Shown: positions 24,199-27,161 of the stretch, piece by piece | Layout of the letters: every line of letters starts with the position of its first letter | How positions within the stretch are numbered: position 1 is the first letter of the stretch | Notes under the pieces: generated by a model | The model's database searches: none | The model's input: the letters and a program-made list of their open reading frames with translations, nothing else | What the model was told of the DNA's origin: nothing | Source: a virus | Taxonomy: Duplodnaviria > Heunggongvirae > Uroviricota > Caudoviricetes | Length of the DNA stretch: 27,161 nucleotides | Virus record (IMG/VR): IMGVR_UViG_3300017963_000223 | Reading direction: 5' to 3' (one strand) | Made by a program: the position numbers and the translations under genes

Positions 24199-24249
24199 TG
24201 AATAGTCGGCCGACGGGCGGCCGGGCGCAACACCACAAGGAGTCCGATT

Positions 24250-25536
24250 ATGACGATTGCAACAGATGACACGGTCGTGACACTGGCAACGGTCAGTGTG
24301 TTTGAGCGGGGTTTGTCGGCTTTGCGGGTCAAGGTGGCAAAGCTGAATAAGCGGGCGGCGCGCTATGGGATGGTGCCGCTGGAATTGAGGATTCTGTCGG
24401 CCGAACCGACCACACGGGATTTGCGGGTTGGCGGGGAAGTGCGGGAAGTGCCGGATGTGCTGACCACAGTCGAGATTGCGGGTTGTGAGCCCTGTATCAA
24501 TGGTTACAGAATTATCGCCAAGGTCGAATTTAACGATCTTGTCGGTAATGTCGTTCGTGTCGCTCCTGGCAATGATGACGATGGTAGCTTTGAGCAGTAT
24601 CGCACCATTGGTCCGGTCTGTGAGCATTGCAACAGTCGTCGGCGTCGTAACGATGTTTACGTCCTTGCGGGTCCTGACGGTTCTCGCAAAATTGTCGGTC
24701 GCAACTGTCTTGCCGATTATGTCAGGGATGGCGATGCTGCGGCGCTTGCGGCCTGGGCCGAATTTGCCGATCAGTTGCGTGATGCGACCTGTGACGGTGA
24801 TCCGGAAGATGACGATTGGCGGGAGTATACCGGTGATCGCGGTAATCCGAATATGCACCTCGGAGCGTATTTGCGGGTTGTGGCGCTTGTGAAGCGTAGG
24901 TTCGGTTGGATGGGTCGCACGGCCGCTAGGGATTCGTTCGATGGTATCGCTACTGCCGATGATGCCGCTCGTTTCATCTATGGGCGTGGTAGGGCGCATG
25001 ACGCTTGGGTGAGTAAGAACGAATTGTATATCTGTGAGGATGATGGCGATTATGCCGATCGTGCCATCGCATGGGCGGCCGGGTTGGATTCTGCCGGCAA
25101 GTCCGAATATATCGATGTGATCAGCAAAATCGCTCGTGCCGGATATGTCGATATGCGGAAGCTTGACGGCTATGCGGCTTCGATCCTTATTGCCTATGAT
25201 AAGGCCTGTGAGCGTGAGATCGAACGTAAGGAACGTGAGGCTGGCGCCAAGAATAAGGTCTGGTACGGTGAGGAGAAAAAGAGGGAACGTAGCGTCCGTG
25301 TCAAATGTGTCGGTCTTAACAGTTTTGAGGGTCAGTACGGTGTCACCACATTGGTGAGATTTGAGCATTATCCGAATGACACGGATGTGGCCGTTCTTGT
25401 CTGGTTTGCCAGTGGTGACAAGTATAACGATTGGGACCTTGAAGAGGAATATGTCGTTGACTTCACTTGTAAGGGTCACGACGATCACGACAAATATGGC
25501 AAACAGACCAAGATCAACCGGGTGAAGCAAGTGTAA
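24250..25536 (+). CDS. Hypothetical phage protein, 428 aa: CEHC...VGRNC zinc module and probable C-terminal OB-fold
   Basis: AAGGAG-TCCGATT-ATG; C-terminal FEGQYGVTTLVRF...VWFASG...KGHDDHDKYGKQTKINRVK. Confidence 0.8.
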   Translation: MTIATDDTVVTLATVSVFERGLSALRVKVAKLNKRAARYGMVPLELRILSAEPTTRDLRVGGEVREVPDVLTTVEIAGCEPCINGYRIIAKVEFNDLVGNVVRVAPGNDDDGSFEQYRTIGPVCEHCNSRRRRNDVYVLAGPDGSRKIVGRNCLADYVRDGDAAALAAWAEFADQLRDATCDGDPEDDDWREYTGDRGNPNMHLGAYLRVVALVKRRFGWMGRTAARDSFDGIATADDAARFIYGRGRAHDAWVSKNELYICEDDGDYADRAIAWAAGLDSAGKSEYIDVISKIARAGYVDMRKLDGYAASILIAYDKACEREIERKEREAGAKNKVWYGEEKKRERSVRVKCVGLNSFEGQYGVTTLVRFEHYPNDTDVAVLVWFASGDKYNDWDLEEEYVVDFTCKGHDDHDKYGKQTKINRVKQV

Positions 25537-25544
25537 CGATTGTG

Positions 25545-25706
25545 CGGGCGGCCGGGCGGGTGGAGCGGCCGACGGGCGGCCGGGCGGGTCCAGGTGGCGG
25601 CCGGGCGGGTCCAGGTGGCGGCCGGGCGGGTCCAGGTGGCCGGGCGGCCGGGCGGGCGGCCGGGCGGGCGGCCGGGCGGGTGGAGCGGCCGACGGGCGGC
25701 CGGGAG
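25545..25706 (+). repeat. GC array 7: includes (CGGCCGGGCGGGTCCAGGTGG)x3, flanked by CGGGTGGAG-CGGCCGACGGG-CGGCCGGG blocks
   Basis: Begins after TAACGATTGTG; ends at the P11 upstream element. Confidence 0.92.
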
Positions 25707-25724
25707 AAAATCCGAGAATTCTAT

Positions 25725-25752
25725 TTGACTTCCGGGAATGCGCGGGTATACT
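25725..25752 (+). promoter_or_regulatory. Cassette promoter P11: TTGACT-N16-TATACT (no 5' hairpin)
   Basis: ttgact-tccgggaatgcgcggg-tatact-tgaattgt. Confidence 0.9.
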
Positions 25753-25789
25753 TGAATTGTAAGGGGAAAACACCACAAGGGGAAACGCC

Positions 25790-25933
25790 ATGCCGGGACG
25801 AATAAACAAACGCCACGCCATAACGCATTGCCGGGAGCTATTCCGCATCGGCGGCTTGCGTCTGATTGTAGCGGTTATGCTGGCCAAGCCGGGTACTCCG
25901 TTCCTAACGATTTTCACGACTGTATGCAGATGA
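25790..25933 (+). CDS. Small basic/hydrophobic protein, 47 aa (MPGRINKRHAI...; not in the ORF track)
   Basis: First ATG after P11, with AAGGGG RBS and CACCAC leader. Confidence 0.55.
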   Translation: MPGRINKRHAITHCRELFRIGGLRLIVAVMLAKPGTPFLTIFTTVCR

Positions 25934-25944
25934 GGGGTTGTGCC

Positions 25945-26178
25945 ATGTGTGATGATTATGTCGATGATTCACCTCTTGACTTTTGTCCGGCCTGTGGCTA
26001 TGATCACGATTGTCCGGTCTGTACCGGTGAGTTCGATTCTCACAAAGAACTCGATCGTGCCGAAGATGACCTTCTTGCCGATTTGATCGAGTGTCCGGTC
26101 TGTGGCTATGATGCCGACTGTGCCGATTGTATCGGTGAGGCCGATCCTATCGATCTTGTCGACTTGCTTGACGGGTAG
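25945..26178 (+). CDS. Acidic protein, 77 aa, with duplicated CPxCGYDxDCxxCxGE zinc motif
   Basis: GAGGGG RBS; 9 Cys, 24 D/E, 2 K/R; start re-assigned from 25828. Confidence 0.75.
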   Translation: MCDDYVDDSPLDFCPACGYDHDCPVCTGEFDSHKELDRAEDDLLADLIECPVCGYDADCADCIGEADPIDLVDLLDG

Positions 26179-26303
26179 CCGGGAGCGGCCGGGAGCGGGC
26201 CCAGCAAGCCGGGAGCGGCCGGGAGCGGCCGACGGGCGGCCGGGCGGCCGGGCGGGTGGAGCGGGCCCAGCAAGCCGGGAGCGGCCGACGGGCGGCCGGG
26301 GAG
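26179..26303 (+). repeat. GC array 8: mixed words including two 20-mers CGGGCCCAGCAAGCCGGGAG
   Basis: From the stop codon to the P12 upstream element. Confidence 0.92.
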
Positions 26304-26321
26304 AAAATCCGAGAATTCTAT

Positions 26322-26349
26322 TTGACTTCCGGGAATGCGCGGGTATACT
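26322..26349 (+). promoter_or_regulatory. Cassette promoter P12: TTGACT-N16-TATACT (5' hairpin truncated)
   Basis: ttgact-tccgggaatgcgcggg-tatact-tgaatagtcggc. Confidence 0.9.
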
Positions 26350-26389
26350 TGAATAGTCGGCAACACTCACCACCACAAGGGGACCGATT

Positions 26390-26521
26390 ATGTGGATTAC
26401 GCGAATTCTGAGAGCTTTGCGGAACGTGACGGATGCAACGGTCAGTGAGGATGTCCGGATGAAACGGTTGATCCGGAAAAGCATGCAACGACGGTCGTAT
26501 CGACCGTGCGGATCGTATTGA
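26390..26521 (+). CDS. Small Arg-rich protein, 43 aa (MWITRILRALRN...; not in the ORF track)
   Basis: AAGGGG-ACCGATT-ATG, the shared cassette start context. Confidence 0.65.
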   Translation: MWITRILRALRNVTDATVSEDVRMKRLIRKSMQRRSYRPCGSY

Positions 26522-26576
26522 CCAGAGGGCGGCCGGTCGGACGACCGGGACAACCATCACAACCAGGAGAATCAAC

Positions 26577-26750
26577 ATGACCACGATGATCGACACAAGC
26601 GGCAATGAGCATGAAATCGCCAGACCCGACAACGTCCAAACATTCCGATCGATCGGATGGACCGTCAAAGGCGCCACAGACCTGCGAGACCAGACAACCC
26701 GCAAAATCCCTGTGACCGAGCACGACTGGGATTATCTGTTCCGTGAGTAG
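26577..26750 (+). CDS. Small protein, 57 aa (MTTMIDTSGNEHEIARPD...; not in the ORF track)
   Basis: CAGGAG RBS after an A/C-rich leader; open to TAG 26748-26750. Confidence 0.65.
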   Translation: MTTMIDTSGNEHEIARPDNVQTFRSIGWTVKGATDLRDQTTRKIPVTEHDWDYLFRE

Positions 26751-26832
26751 AATCGAACCAACCTGCGCAATCCCGTCAGGGGAGCCGAGGTTCGGCTTGT
26801 GCCGATCACCCCGACAATTCCGATTGTGCCGA

Positions 26833-26860
26833 AAAGGGCCCCTGTAGGGGTCCTTTCTTA
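26833..26860 (+). terminator. Intrinsic terminator-like hairpin
   Basis: AAAGGGCCCC-TGTA-GGGGTCCTTT followed by CTTA; A-run on the 5' side suggests it may be bidirectional. Confidence 0.7.
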
Positions 26861-26906
26861 TGCGCCGATGGCGCCGAAAATGCCGATTAGGCTGCGCCGT
26901 AAAATG

Positions 26907-27161
26907 CCGGGCGGGTGGAGCGGGCCCAGCAAGCCGGGAGCGGCCGGGCGGGTGGAGCGGGCCCAGCAAGCCGGGAGCGGCCGACGGGCGGCCGGGCCCA
27001 GCAAGCCGGGAGCGGCCGACGGGCGGGCCCAGCAAGCCGGGAGCGGCCGACGGGCGGGCGGGCGGCCGGGAGCGGGCCCAGCAAGCCGGGAGCGGCCGAC
27101 GGGCGGCCGGGAGCGGGCCCAGCAAGCCGGGAGCGGCCGACGGGCGGCCGGGCGGGTGGAG
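26907..27161 (+). repeat. GC array 9 (at least 255 bp, truncated by the window end) with six CCCAGCAAG-containing words
   Basis: Words CGGGTGGAG, CGGGCCCAGCAAGCCGGGAG, CGGCCGACGGG, CGGCCGGG(AG) in varying order. Confidence 0.93.

Noticed and set aside
17969-25917. Long - strand ORFs (17969-19609, 19651-20616, 20432-21343, 24166-25917)
   Set aside because: Antisense to well-supported promoter/RBS-driven cassette genes; Ile/Thr/Val-rich translations reflect the complement of GAT/GGT codons; they run through non-coding repeats
22169-27125. Pro/Ala/Arg/Gly-rich low-complexity ORFs (for example 22169-22603, 22196-22540, 25485-25778, 25540-25805, 26442-27125, 26887-27084)
   Set aside because: These are translations of the stop-free GC arrays, with no RBS or codon signal
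15344-27161. CRISPR array (regularly recurring conserved sequence with variable intervening DNA)
   Set aside because: The intervening segments are 0.5-1.5 kb protein-coding genes, not 25-45 bp spacers; the repeats are promoters; no cas genes are present
15344-27161. Classical integron with attC sites
   Set aside because: No tyrosine recombinase in the window, no RYYYAAC/GTTRRRY boxes, and cassettes carry their own promoters
18938-27161. Insertion sequence, MITE or REP/BIME elements
   Set aside because: No transposase, terminal inverted repeats or target-site duplications; the words are direct repeats confined to promoter-proximal sites

Overview
This looks like an accessory/early region of a large tailed-phage genome: small tightly packed genes with ATGA overlaps, nucleotide-metabolism and auxiliary enzymes, and no structural, integrase or cas genes. 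The host cannot be determined from the sequence. There are three blocks. (1) 1-5505 (+): an operon with a GNAT acetyltransferase, a beta-class DNA methyltransferase with an atypical DPPD motif, an FmdB zinc ribbon, a deoxyribosyltransferase-like/DUF2061 fusion, a dCMP deaminase, an internally duplicated MazG and a secreted M28 peptidase. (2) 5506-15057 (-): small hypothetical genes plus an ART-like protein, a GHKL ATPase with apparently permuted motifs, a eukaryote-type UDP-glucose 6-dehydrogenase, a metallophosphoesterase and a probably leaderless papain-like protein. (3) A divergent switch at about 15.1-15.35 kb, followed by an array (15344-27161, +) of at least 12 repeated expression cassettes. 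Each cassette has a near-consensus sigma70 promoter (TTGACW-N16-TATRNT; N17 in one copy) with a conserved upstream element. Most also have a GC-rich 5' hairpin and a shared A/C-rich leader ending in CGATT-ATG. Each drives 1-3 unrelated small genes, mostly very acidic or Cys-rich. From the fifth cassette onward each promoter is preceded by a modular, G-skewed tandem array built from a small vocabulary of CGGCCG-based words, and these arrays tend to lengthen toward the window end. This cassette/repeat architecture is the most notable element. Several starts in the supplied ORF track were re-assigned using RBS and promoter positions. All protein-family calls come from motif recognition by eye, not from database searches.
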